Origin: Syntrophorhabdaceae bacterium
GTDB lineage: Bacteria > Desulfobacterota > Syntrophorhabdia > Syntrophorhabdales > Syntrophorhabdaceae
Reading direction: 5' to 3'
Length of the DNA stretch: 64,000 nucleotides
NCBI GenBank assembly: GCA_963666485.2
Contig: CAXXUO010000001.1
Span: forward strand, 704,001 to 768,000
Numbering within the stretch: position 1 is the stretch's first letter; each line of letters starts with the position of its first letter. Shown in pieces: positions 29,399 through 38,742 of this stretch. The notes beneath the pieces were generated by a model. That model worked only from the letters and a program-made list of their open reading frames with translations, was not told the DNA's origin and did no database searches. The position numbers and the translations under genes were made by a program.

Positions 29399-29417
29399 TT
29401 CGGCTCCTTCCCGGGTC

Positions 29418-29732
29418 TTAGGAACGCCCGCATACGTGCCCGATGATCTCTTCGACCATCTTCTGCCTCAGGGCTTCGTCCAATAGTATTTCCCGTTCCA
29501 TCGCTTCGGCAGCCTTCGCAAGGCTTTCCTGCTTTTGCTCGTCTGCCGCCTGCGCTGCATGGCTTATGATGTCCTGGGCCTCCCTGCCCGCATCCATGTA
29601 AGCTTTCATACTGATGTCCTGGGCCTGTTTTCGGGCCTCTGCCAGGATGCGGTCAGACTCCGCCTTTGCTTCTTCTACGATGCGCTTTGCCTGGTTCTCC
29701 GTTGCAACGATCTTCTGGATCACATCACGCAC
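29418..29732 (-). CDS. V/A-type ATPase peripheral stalk subunit G/H
   Basis: Short charged coiled coil (EAKAESDRILAEAR), first gene of the operon. Confidence 0.75.
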   Translation of the reverse strand: MRDVIQKIVATENQAKRIVEEAKAESDRILAEARKQAQDISMKAYMDAGREAQDIISHAAQAADEQKQESLAKAAEAMEREILLDEALRQKMVEEIIGHVCGRS

Positions 29733-29957
29733 GACGCCCCCCTTGGTAAACGTTACATCCTGGAAAGTCCTTTTACGGACATGAATATTTTTCGATTCGC
29801 AGCAGAAAGGATCGCGATGACGGGATGCGATGATCGGGAGAAATACGAACTTTCGTTAGAGCTGTTCCGGTTCAGTTGTCTCATCATCCCTATCGATGCA
29901 ACGGGCGATTCCAGATGCAGGAGTGATAAGAGCGGTCTCGTGGTCCGGCCGATACCT

Positions 29958-29985
29958 CTTATAGCAAGTATAGCAAATATGTCAA
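29958..29985 (-). promoter_or_regulatory. Sigma70 promoter of the ATPase operon (TTGACA-16-TATAAG)
   Basis: Minus strand TTGACAtatttgctatacttgcTATAAG. Confidence 0.6.
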
Positions 29986-30042
29986 CATCGTGCTTCCGGG
30001 CGGGGGAGAAGTTTCACGTTTCAGGCGAATTACCAAAAAAAT

Positions 30043-30070
30043 AAAAGGCGGGGCATGTGCGCCCCGCCTT
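30043..30070 (-). terminator. Intrinsic terminator after fused nfnAB
   Basis: AAGGCGGGGC-loop-GCCCCGCCTT followed by a T-tract on the minus strand. Confidence 0.8.
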
Positions 30071-30087
30071 CGTTGGTCAGTGTTTGT

Positions 30088-32349
30088 TTACTTTGACTGG
30101 AGGTACTCGTCGATGGCTTTTGCGGCTTTACGGCCTGCGCCCATGGCGAGAATAACTGTGGCTGCGCCCGTTACGATGTCGCCGCCGGCGAAAACACCCT
30201 TGCGGCTTGTCTGCCCTGTTTCCTCATCTGCCACGATGTTGCCGGATTTCCTCAGTTCGAGGTCCGGGGTGGTTGATGTGAGGATCGGGTTCGGGCCCTG
30301 GCCGATGGCAACGATGACGACGTCGACATCGAGGACGAAATTGGAGCCCTTGATCTCAACCGGTCTGCGCCTGCCGGATGCGTCGGGTTCTCCGAGCTCC
30401 ATCTGGACGCATTCGAGTCCCTTGACCCAGCCGTTGTCATCGCCGACGACCCTGATCGGGTTTGTCAGCAGCCTGAAATCGATCTCTTCTTCCCGTGCGT
30501 GGTGTGCTTCTTCCGCACGCGCCGGCATTTCTTCCGCGCTTCTGCGGTAGACGAGGTAAACGTCTGCGCCGAGCCGTTTCGAGACCCTTGCGGAGTCCAT
30601 GGCGACATTGCCCCCGCCGATAACGGCGACTTTCGAGCCAACCCTGATCGGTGTGTCGTATTCAGGGAAGAGGTATGCTTTCATGAGGTTTGCACGGGTA
30701 AGGAACTCGTTGGCGGAATAAACACCGTTCAAGTTCTCGCCCGGGATGTTGAGGAAGTACGGGAGGCCTGCGCCTGTCCCGATGAATGCCGCGTCAAAAC
30801 CCTGTTTGAAAAGCTCGTCGAGGGTCACGGTCTGGCCGACGATGGCGTCGACATGGACCTTTGCGCCCATTTTTTCGAGGTAGTCAACTTCGCGCTGTAC
30901 GATCGCTTTCGGAAGACGGAACTCGGGGATACCGTAAACGAGAACGCCGCCCGCTTTGTGGAGCGCTTCATAAATATGGCACTCGTGGCCTTTCTTGGTC
31001 AGCTCGCCTGCAACGGTGAGACCGGCAGGGCCGGCGCCGATGATGGCCACTTTCTTGCCTGACTTCTTCGGGAGCGTCGGGACGCGGACATCGCCGAGGC
31101 CGAGCTCATAGTCAGCGGCAAAACGCTCGAGACGGCCGATCGCGACCGGCTCTGATTTCTTGCCGAGGATGCACTTGGATTCGCACTGTGATTCCTGGGG
31201 ACAGACCCTGCCGCAGACTGCCGGAAGGCTGTTTGTTTCTTTAATAGCATGGATGGCGCCCATGAAGTCGCCTTCCTTGATCTTCGCGATGAACTGCGGG
31301 ATCTGGACGTTGACGGGGCAGCCGTCGACGCACGGCGGCTTCTTGCAGCCGAGGCAGCGCTGCGCTTCCATCATCGCGTTCTCCCGTGTATATCCGAGGG
31401 CGACTTCGGAGAAGTTCTGCATCCTCATCTTCGGGGCCTGTTCCGGCATCTTCACGCGTTTACGCGCCTTTTTGACAGCCTTTTCCTGCGCTTCGATCTT
31501 GCACTTGTGGTCCCACAGTGCGCGCCGCTCTTCCCTGTTGTACATCTTCTGGCGGAGGACGAGTTCCGGGAAATCTACCTGGTGAGCGTCAAATTCCGGG
31601 CCGTCGACGCAGACAAATTTTGTCTCGCCGCCGATCGTGGCACGGCAGCAGCCGCACATGCCGGTACCGTCGACCATAATGGTGTTCAGGCTGGCGATGG
31701 TATGGATGCCGTACGGCCGGGTAACTTCGGCTACGGCCTTCATCATGATGACCGGGCCGATGCCGACAACTTCGGCTATATTCTCTTTGCCGCGTTCTTC
31801 GATGACCTTCTTCAGGACGTCGGTGACAAAACCGTGGGTCCCGTACGAGCCGTCATCGGTCGTCACATGCAAGGTGGTGCTCACCTTCTTCATCTCGTCC
31901 TCGAGGATCAGCATGCCCTGGTTGCGGGCGCCGATGATCGAGATGACCTCATTGCCTGCCTCGAACAGCGCCTTTGCGATCGGGAGCACCGGTGCGACGC
32001 CGACGCCGCCGCCGACGCAGATGACCGTGCCGTATTTCTCGATGTGGCTCGGTTTGCCCAGGGGGCCGACGACGTCGAGAAGTGCCTGGCCGGCTTCAAA
32101 CTTTGCGAGTTTCTGGGTGGATGTCCCGACTTCCTGGAAGATGATCGTGATCGTTCCTTTTTTCACATCATAATCCGCAACGGTAAGAGGGATGCGCTCG
32201 GCCATATCGTCGCCGCGGACGACGACGAACTGCCCGGCCTTGACCTTCTTCGCGATGTCGGGAACGTACAGTTTGTACATGGTAATAGACGGAGCAAGAA
32301 TCTTCTTCTCCATGATCTGGTTTACTTTTGCTGCTTTCTTGGTAGCCAT
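30088..32349 (-). CDS. nfnAB: Fused electron-bifurcating transhydrogenase NfnA-NfnB
   Basis: N-half PyrK/NfnA (ERIPLTVAD, DGTGMCGCC, CVDGPEF); C-half GltD/NfnB (RCLGC, CGRVCPQE, GAGPAG, GGGNVAMD). Confidence 0.9.
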   Translation of the reverse strand: MATKKAAKVNQIMEKKILAPSITMYKLYVPDIAKKVKAGQFVVVRGDDMAERIPLTVADYDVKKGTITIIFQEVGTSTQKLAKFEAGQALLDVVGPLGKPSHIEKYGTVICVGGGVGVAPVLPIAKALFEAGNEVISIIGARNQGMLILEDEMKKVSTTLHVTTDDGSYGTHGFVTDVLKKVIEERGKENIAEVVGIGPVIMMKAVAEVTRPYGIHTIASLNTIMVDGTGMCGCCRATIGGETKFVCVDGPEFDAHQVDFPELVLRQKMYNREERRALWDHKCKIEAQEKAVKKARKRVKMPEQAPKMRMQNFSEVALGYTRENAMMEAQRCLGCKKPPCVDGCPVNVQIPQFIAKIKEGDFMGAIHAIKETNSLPAVCGRVCPQESQCESKCILGKKSEPVAIGRLERFAADYELGLGDVRVPTLPKKSGKKVAIIGAGPAGLTVAGELTKKGHECHIYEALHKAGGVLVYGIPEFRLPKAIVQREVDYLEKMGAKVHVDAIVGQTVTLDELFKQGFDAAFIGTGAGLPYFLNIPGENLNGVYSANEFLTRANLMKAYLFPEYDTPIRVGSKVAVIGGGNVAMDSARVSKRLGADVYLVYRRSAEEMPARAEEAHHAREEEIDFRLLTNPIRVVGDDNGWVKGLECVQMELGEPDASGRRRPVEIKGSNFVLDVDVVIVAIGQGPNPILTSTTPDLELRKSGNIVADEETGQTSRKGVFAGGDIVTGAATVILAMGAGRKAAKAIDEYLQSK

Positions 32350-32389
32350 AACGTCTCCTTTATTAAAAAGTTTAATTCTATCAAAAAGG

Positions 32390-33889
32390 TTACTTTTCGT
32401 TCACCTGTTTCAAAGGTAGCCTCACGGTAAAGGTTGTTCCTTTCTCGACCTCACTGGCAGCCGATATTTCCCCGAAATGAGATTCCACGATCCTCTTGAC
32501 GATCGACAGTCCCAGGCCGGTACCTGTCGTATACCGCGTGCTCGGTCCCGACACGCGATAGAATTCATCAAAAATGCAGGGAAGGGATTCTTCGTCGATA
32601 CCGATGCCGGTATCGCTCACTTTTATGGAGAGATAAGGCCCGTCCGGGACCGCACTCACCATGACCTTGCCATTCTTCACGTTGTACTTCATGGCATTCG
32701 ACACGAGATTGGTCAGAAGCTGCTCCATCTCGGCCCGGTCGGCCTCTATGAGGGGCAACTTCTCCGGGATGTCAACGCTGAAAGAGATATCCTTGGTCGA
32801 GCCCTGGACCTTGAACAGGTCAACCGTGCTCTCGATTATCTCCGTCATGTCGAGAAATTCTTTCTTCCTTACCACTTTCTTCGATTCCAATTTTGCAAAG
32901 AGCAGGAGATCATTGACGAGGTCCATAAGTGAATGGGACCTGAGCTTTGCCCGCTCCAGCATCTGCCTGTTGAATTGCGGGTCCGTCCCCGCGACGCCCG
33001 TGAGATACGCGTTGAGATATCCTTCGATGGCCCCCAGCGGAGCCCGTATCTCATGCGCCACCATCCTCACGAACTGGGATTTTACTTCTTCTACCTCCTT
33101 GAGTTCGGAGATATCGCGGAACGTGCAGACGACACCCAGGTTCTCGCCTTTTTCATCACGCACCCCCGCTACAATGACCATCAGGGTCTTCGACGTCTCT
33201 CCCGTGAGAACAACCTCCTCGGAGATTATCGTATACTGGGAAAAATCGGGTGAGAACGCCTTGTCGATCACTTCCACAAGGTCTTTTTGCCGCAGTGCCT
33301 TCCGGTAATCCATGCCGATGCCGGAATCAACCTTGCCCGTTACGTTGAACATTTTCAGGACGGCCGGGTTCCACAGGGCAAGCTGGCGTTCGCGGTTGAT
33401 GACGAGGATGCCGTCAGCCATCGAGTTGACGATCGTGTGGAGCTTCGATTTCTCGCTCGCCACCTCGAGAAGCCTCTGGTCTCTCTCTTCGCGAAGCTTT
33501 TCTTTCTCTATGGTCAGCCGTCTCTTGTCGAGGCCCCTGTTTATGACCGCCAGGAGCTGATCGGGGTTGAACGGTTTCGGTATGTAGTCGTAGGCGCCGT
33601 GCTTCATGGCGTCCACTGCTGTTTCGACGGTTGCGAAACCCGTGATCACGACGAGAACGATGTCCGCATCTATCTGCCTCACCTGTTCCATCATCTCAAG
33701 TCCGCCCATGACAGGCATCATGAGATCGACAAGGACGAGGTCGTAGGAATTCTCCTTTACCTTATCCAGCCCAAGTTTGCCATTTTCGGCTGTATCGACG
33801 GTATACCCTTCCGATGAAAGGATCCTGCGGCATCCCTCACGGATGCCTTTTTCGTCGTCAACAACCAGTATAGTGACGGGTTCCGCCAT
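32390..33889 (-). CDS. Hybrid REC-PAS-histidine kinase
   Basis: VVDDE and DLMMP receiver; AHEIRAPL H-box; NAMKY, DTGIG and GTGLGL. Confidence 0.9.
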   Translation of the reverse strand: MAEPVTILVVDDEKGIREGCRRILSSEGYTVDTAENGKLGLDKVKENSYDLVLVDLMMPVMGGLEMMEQVRQIDADIVLVVITGFATVETAVDAMKHGAYDYIPKPFNPDQLLAVINRGLDKRRLTIEKEKLREERDQRLLEVASEKSKLHTIVNSMADGILVINRERQLALWNPAVLKMFNVTGKVDSGIGMDYRKALRQKDLVEVIDKAFSPDFSQYTIISEEVVLTGETSKTLMVIVAGVRDEKGENLGVVCTFRDISELKEVEEVKSQFVRMVAHEIRAPLGAIEGYLNAYLTGVAGTDPQFNRQMLERAKLRSHSLMDLVNDLLLFAKLESKKVVRKKEFLDMTEIIESTVDLFKVQGSTKDISFSVDIPEKLPLIEADRAEMEQLLTNLVSNAMKYNVKNGKVMVSAVPDGPYLSIKVSDTGIGIDEESLPCIFDEFYRVSGPSTRYTTGTGLGLSIVKRIVESHFGEISAASEVEKGTTFTVRLPLKQVNEK

Positions 33890-33913
33890 TGCCTTTCCGT
33901 GGATGTGTTCTTA

Positions 33914-34300
33914 CTACTTGTCGAGAAGCGCGTTTATCTTCTGCACGAGTACATCCGGCTCCACCGGTTTTGGAACGAAACCATCGGTTTTCATCCAGTA
34001 ACCGTCCTGATCCTGCGAAAATTCATATCCCGTCTCGCTTGCGACCGCGGAGATCATGAGGATCGGGATGTCTTTGTAGCGCGGGTCCGACTTTATCGAT
34101 TTCGCGAAGCTGAAACCGGTATCGTGTTTCTCCAGCATAAGGTCAAGAAGTATCAGGTTCGGCGCGTCGAACTGAACCTTGTCCATTCCCTCGCGGGCGG
34201 AGAATGCCGTTTCGACCTCGAAGCCGTTGTTTTCAAGGACTGCCTTGTTGAGATCAACGAAATCGACGTCATCATCAATGATTAGAATTCTTTTTGCCAT
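33914..34300 (-). CDS. Single-domain response regulator
   Basis: IIDDD, LLDLML and KP motifs. Confidence 0.9.
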   Translation of the reverse strand: MAKRILIIDDDVDFVDLNKAVLENNGFEVETAFSAREGMDKVQFDAPNLILLDLMLEKHDTGFSFAKSIKSDPRYKDIPILMISAVASETGYEFSQDQDGYWMKTDGFVPKPVEPDVLVQKINALLDK

Positions 34301-36401
34301 AATTCCTTCTCCCTGTATTTATATTTTGATTTGCCGCTAATCCATTAGCCTGTGCCGTAATTCCAATCGCTTTACCATCAACGGGAAGACTTATGACGAA
34401 GGTGCTCCCCTTTCCTAATTCCGTTTCCACATCGATCTTGCCGGAATGCCTCTCGACGATGCCGTACGAGATGGCAAGGCCAAGGCCGGTGCCTTTCTCC
34501 TTCGTTGTGAAGAAGGGATTGAACAGCTTCCCGATATTTTCGGGCGGTATGCCCGGTCCTGTATCTTTAATCCTGACCGTCACGACACCCGCCTCATGGG
34601 ACGTCGTGATGGTGAGAGAACCTTTTCCCGCCATTGCCTGCGCTGCATTGAGAACGATATTGAGAAAGACCTGCTTCAGCTGGGTCGCATCGCCGAAGAG
34701 CACCGGCATGTCCGGCTGCAGGACCTTTTTGATCTTGATGTTCTGAAAAAGGACCTGGTTGACGATGAGGCCCATTGTCTCCTCGAGGAGATCGTTTATG
34801 TTCGTTTCACCCGGTTTGAGCTTGGTCTCGCGCGCAAAAGAGAGGAGTCCCTGGACTATTTCTTTCGTCCGTGCCGCCTCGCTGATGATGAGGTCGATAT
34901 CCTCTGCCCTCGGGTCGCCCGGCTCGAGAGAGCGCTTGAGGATATGCGCATAGATTGTTATCGTGCCGAGGGGATTGTTGATCTCATGTGCAACGCCCGC
35001 CGCAAGCTGACCAAGGGCGGCCAGTTTTTCCGTCCGTATCAGCTGAAACTGCGCCTGTTCAAGTTCCTGGAGCGACTGCTGGAGCTGCTTGTGCGATCTT
35101 TCGAGCTGCTGGTATATGCCCTTCGACTCCTCAAGGAGATACGGGAGGCAATACTCCGCTTCGGATATGCCCTGGACGACGGCAACCGCTTTTTCGCGGC
35201 ACGTCTTGTAGCCGCATGCGCGGCAGTCGAGGTTGTTGTGCGGAGGCAGCTTGTTTATCTTTTTCAGTACATTGCGGATCTCATTCTCCGTCGGGTCGGG
35301 AAGTTTTTCAACGCCGGCAGCATACACACGTGAAACCTTTACGTCCGCAAAATCTCTCTGGATCTTCTGCAGCATCCCGGCAGTCGTCGGGTGGAACCCG
35401 GCATTCGCGTAGCGCGACACGATCTGCCGCCTGCCGAGAACGCCCATTTCCCGCTCGATGAACGGGCCGTCAACACAGCCGTCACAGAACACAAGATCAA
35501 GGAACCTTGCCTGTATCGACCCTATGGCAAGCTGGTTCAATGCCCCGATAGCCCGCCTGCGCCCGTATGCAACGCTGACCTCGCCGACGAGGACGTCAAA
35601 GCTGTGGCCAAGACTTCGATTGAGGCCCCCGATAACAGGGGTGATCCTTCCAAGAGCAGATCCGGGCCCGTCGAACGTGGCTTCCGCGATGTTCCTCGGG
35701 TTGATCCCCGCCTCCGCGAACATGAGCCGGACATCACGGAAGGTAATGACATGGTCGATAGCGTCCGCTACGTCTTCGGAATCCAGCTCCCCCATGCGGG
35801 CAAGGCACGGCCCTATGTACACGACCTTGCACCCGGGGCCTTTTACCTTCTTTATCATCCTGCCCGCCGCTACCATGGGGGAGACGATCGGTGCGATGTT
35901 GCCGATGAGCTGCGGGAGATATTTCTCGATATACATGACGATAACGGGACAAAAAGACGATATGACGGGTTCTGTTATACCCCCGGCAAGAAGTTTCCGG
36001 TAGGGTCGCGCTATGAGCTCGGCACCCGCGGAGCCTTCCCAGACCTCTTTAAACCCTAAAGCCTTCAGGGCGTAACTGAAGCCGCCGGGAGACACAAGCT
36101 CCAGGAATGCCGGGAAAGACGGGTCGAGACAGGCCACGACTTCTTCATTGGAATCTATCAGTGCCCTGACGACCGCTGCATCGCTCTGGTATGTCATTGC
36201 CCGGTGCGGGCACCCGGTAATGCAGTTGCCGCACAGGATGCACCTTTCGGGGATGATCCGTATCGATTCCTTCTCGAGTTTGATCGCCTTCGCCGGGCAA
36301 AGCTGGACGCAGTAAAAGCACCTGCGGCATTTACGGTTGTTCACCTCTACCCGGGAACCGGCCCGGCATTTCTCTGTCATCAGTTCGCGGACGGTATTCA
36401 T
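34275..36401 (-). CDS. Sensory [FeFe]-hydrogenase-like domain fused to a histidine kinase
   Basis: 2x[4Fe-4S] ferredoxin; H-domain-like SSFCP, GPC and FCDGC; DCRACGYKTC FeS domain; AHEINNPL and GTGLGL. Confidence 0.85.
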   Translation of the reverse strand: MNTVRELMTEKCRAGSRVEVNNRKCRRCFYCVQLCPAKAIKLEKESIRIIPERCILCGNCITGCPHRAMTYQSDAAVVRALIDSNEEVVACLDPSFPAFLELVSPGGFSYALKALGFKEVWEGSAGAELIARPYRKLLAGGITEPVISSFCPVIVMYIEKYLPQLIGNIAPIVSPMVAAGRMIKKVKGPGCKVVYIGPCLARMGELDSEDVADAIDHVITFRDVRLMFAEAGINPRNIAEATFDGPGSALGRITPVIGGLNRSLGHSFDVLVGEVSVAYGRRRAIGALNQLAIGSIQARFLDLVFCDGCVDGPFIEREMGVLGRRQIVSRYANAGFHPTTAGMLQKIQRDFADVKVSRVYAAGVEKLPDPTENEIRNVLKKINKLPPHNNLDCRACGYKTCREKAVAVVQGISEAEYCLPYLLEESKGIYQQLERSHKQLQQSLQELEQAQFQLIRTEKLAALGQLAAGVAHEINNPLGTITIYAHILKRSLEPGDPRAEDIDLIISEAARTKEIVQGLLSFARETKLKPGETNINDLLEETMGLIVNQVLFQNIKIKKVLQPDMPVLFGDATQLKQVFLNIVLNAAQAMAGKGSLTITTSHEAGVVTVRIKDTGPGIPPENIGKLFNPFFTTKEKGTGLGLAISYGIVERHSGKIDVETELGKGSTFVISLPVDGKAIGITAQANGLAANQNINTGRRNYGKKNSNH

Positions 36402-36435
36402 TCAAATACACAGGAAATTTAATAAATTACCACAA

Positions 36436-36487
36436 ATCTTACAGTAAAGTAAGTGCTTTGTCAATGAGCATGTGAAAAGCTTTACAA
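36436..36487 (-). promoter_or_regulatory. Sigma70 promoter (TTGACA-17-TAAGAT) with adjacent Rex-like operator
   Basis: -35 at 36459-36464, -10 at 36436-36441; ATGTGAAAAGCTTTACAA at 36470-36487. Confidence 0.55.
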
Positions 36488-36558
36488 GGAATTTTTCGCG
36501 TTTAATTCCCGCTACTAAGACGTCGCTGCATCTGTAGCAAATGCGTAAGAAAGCAATT

Positions 36559-36752
36559 CTCTCGCCCGTTCGTCGCTTGCGCTCCTCTCTCGAGTTCACA
36601 GAGTTCGCGGAGAAAGATTGTTTTTTTCTTTTCCTCGGCGAAGCCGACGAAAGTGCCGGCTGGTCGTGGTCGGCTCCGCGACCAGCCGGCAAAGTCTTTT
36701 TCTCTTCGCAGTTCTCTGTGTTCTCTGCGAGCTCGAGCGAAGCGGGCGAGAG
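36559..36752. repeat. Palindromic MITE-like element of about 200 bp, copy 1
   Basis: Terminal IR CTCTCGCCCG/CGGGCGAGAG; near-identical to 58762-58976. Confidence 0.88.
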
Positions 36753-36761
36753 GATATCTTT

Positions 36762-37466
36762 TTAAAAGTTCAGCGCCTGTTTGGGGCATCCTTTGACGCA
36801 CAGGCCGCATTTCAGGCAATCGCCCTTGTATTCCATTGCCGGCTCTTCTTTCAGTGCATTGGGGCTAAGCTGCATGGGGCAGTTTTTCGCGCAAAGCCCG
36901 CAGCTCACGCAGGACTCGCGATCCATCTTAAGCGGGCGGCGGTTCGCACCGACCCAGCTCGAGAGGCTGCCTATCGGGCAGATCGAGCACCAGGTCCGCT
37001 GGTGGAGGAAGAGGGCCAGAAATATCCCGATGACCGTCGTGATGGTGAGCAGAACAATGAAGAACCGGCCGATCGCATACCCGTCCGGCCAGAGGCGAAC
37101 GATCTGGAACGTGAGCATGGCCATGAGAAAGGCGATGACGCCGAGCCGGACCGGGACCGCACGCAAAGCCCGCGGGATATTCTTTCCGGGGCTTATTGCC
37201 TTCATATAGGTATCTGCGAAAGACCCGCGGGGACACATCCAGTTGCACCACGTGCGTCCGCGGAACGCCGCGAGCCCGACACCCGCCACCATGCACAGGG
37301 GGATAAAATAACCGATCAGGGAGTAGAACCACCCGGCTATGACAAGGGCAATGAATACTGAACCGAATATAGCCTGTTTTACGAACCGGGACCGGTGAGC
37401 ACTCTTAAGCTCCTCTTTTGCCGAGATCTGCACCGGCTTGATGATATTTTCTGCTGTTCCGTTCAT
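36762..37466 (-). CDS. Membrane 4Fe-4S binding protein (NapH/MauN-like)
   Basis: WCNWMCP and WCSICP motifs, 4 TM helices, two CxxCxxCxxxCP. Confidence 0.85.
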   Translation of the reverse strand: MNGTAENIIKPVQISAKEELKSAHRSRFVKQAIFGSVFIALVIAGWFYSLIGYFIPLCMVAGVGLAAFRGRTWCNWMCPRGSFADTYMKAISPGKNIPRALRAVPVRLGVIAFLMAMLTFQIVRLWPDGYAIGRFFIVLLTITTVIGIFLALFLHQRTWCSICPIGSLSSWVGANRRPLKMDRESCVSCGLCAKNCPMQLSPNALKEEPAMEYKGDCLKCGLCVKGCPKQALNF

Positions 37467-37476
37467 ACATACCTCT

Positions 37477-37827
37477 TCAAGCGTTATCCGATGCATTGGC
37501 CCGCATGCGCTGTGCGATGCGTTCCTTTTCCTTAAGCGTCTCCCTGAGAACGTCGCGCATGATCGAGCATGCCTCGCTGATCCGCGGGCTTGCAAGCCTG
37601 TAATAGATCGTCGTCCCTTCGCGGCGGGTGAGGACGAGCCCCTTCTGTTTCAGCACGGAAAGGTGCTGCGACATGTTGGCCTTGTTTATAGCGATCGCAT
37701 CCAGCATAGACGACACCGATCTCTCGCCCTCCTTAAGAAGGTTCAGTATTTGGAGCCGCCTCGGGTTGGCAAGCGCGAGGCACACATCCGCCTGCATCTC
37801 AAAGATCTCCATTTCCTGATCAGCCAT
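37477..37827 (-). CDS. ArsR/SmtB family transcriptional regulator
   Basis: LANPRRLQIL, SQHLSVLK and RREGTTIYYRL motifs. Confidence 0.9.
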   Translation of the reverse strand: MADQEMEIFEMQADVCLALANPRRLQILNLLKEGERSVSSMLDAIAINKANMSQHLSVLKQKGLVLTRREGTTIYYRLASPRISEACSIMRDVLRETLKEKERIAQRMRANASDNA

Positions 37828-37873
37828 GTCTCACTCCTATTGTTTCGTGATTTCTTAGTTTCATTATCTCGCA

Positions 37874-37902
37874 ATTATAAGATGGTAATCTGAAAATGTC
37901 AA
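37874..37902 (-). promoter_or_regulatory. Perfect consensus sigma70 promoter TTGACA-17-TATAAT
   Basis: Minus strand TTGACAttttcagattaccatctTATAAT upstream of the ArsR gene. Confidence 0.85.
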
Positions 37903-37982
37903 GAGAATACGCGGAGGGCACTTTTCGAACGCCGCGATTTTTGTCTTAATTTTCGCCTCCGATTGTCGCAATCATCCAAGTC

Positions 37983-38105
37983 CGTCATCCCGGCCTCCGA
38001 GCCGGGACCCAAGGTTTTTCTTCTTGAACCATTTAAAAACTTTGACGCCAGAAACAATAATAAAAACCAAACCTTGGGTCCCGGGTCAAGCCCGGGATGA
38101 CGGCG
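37983..38105. repeat. Inverted pair of REP-like palindromes
   Basis: gtcatcccggcctccgagccgggacccaagg ... ccttgggtcccgggtcaagcccgggatgac; same layout as 20911-21027. Confidence 0.85.
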
Positions 38106-38235
38106 GGGGTTTTGTACTGGCAGGCATAATATACCAGCTTGGATAGGGGCTGCGGGGGATTACGGCACAGTCTCTTCGCGGGAAATGACGGCGGGGCGGA
38201 CTGCAGGTTTCGCGCTTCAAATTCGCGACAGCCTT

Positions 38236-38742
38236 CTATCTCGTTAGACACCGGAATATTTCCCCGATATACATACGATGATAATCTTTCTTGGGATAAA
38301 AACCGTCTATGTCGGGGGAGAGGAAATTGGCCGGGGTTATGTCCTGGTAATATATCTTTCGGCACTCGAGGACGAGCCGGGCTTCGGCGAAGTAGATGGT
38401 GTCCTCGCCAAAGACGGGTGTTAGACGGGCCTCGGCGGCCTTGTTGACGTCCCGTCCCGAATGCGTTCCGCAGTATGTCAGGGCGTCACGGTATTCCTCC
38501 TCGAAGAAGCTCAATGAAAAATATTCCGCTTTTTCGATGAACTCATATGTATAGCGGTTCGGCCGGACGACGCACAGGGCGATGCGCCTGTCCCACATGA
38601 CCCCGAGACCGCCCCAGGCCCCCGTCATGGTATTGTAGGACTCTTTCGTGCCCGCGGTTATCAGCATCCAGTCGACGCCTATGAGTTTGAACGGGTTATA
38701 GCCGATCTCGTCGGGCTTCGTTTCGATAAATATACGTTCCAT
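38236..38742 (-). CDS. Flavin reductase (flavoredoxin-like) family protein
   Basis: WMLITAG, NTMTGAWGG, CGTHSGRD and HRMYIGEI motifs. Confidence 0.88.
   Translation of the reverse strand: MERIFIETKPDEIGYNPFKLIGVDWMLITAGTKESYNTMTGAWGGLGVMWDRRIALCVVRPNRYTYEFIEKAEYFSLSFFEEEYRDALTYCGTHSGRDVNKAAEARLTPVFGEDTIYFAEARLVLECRKIYYQDITPANFLSPDIDGFYPKKDYHRMYIGEIFRCLTR

Noticed and set aside
37477..37827. BigR/SqrR persulfide sensor assignment
   Set aside because: The two cysteines are not at the BigR/SqrR helix 2 and C-terminal positions, so it is kept as generic ArsR.
38160..38192. IS terminal-repeat remnant (ttacggcacagtctc; similar sequence at 4-31)
   Set aside because: It resembles an IS end fused to a half REP, but there is no transposase or partner end in the window, so support is too weak.
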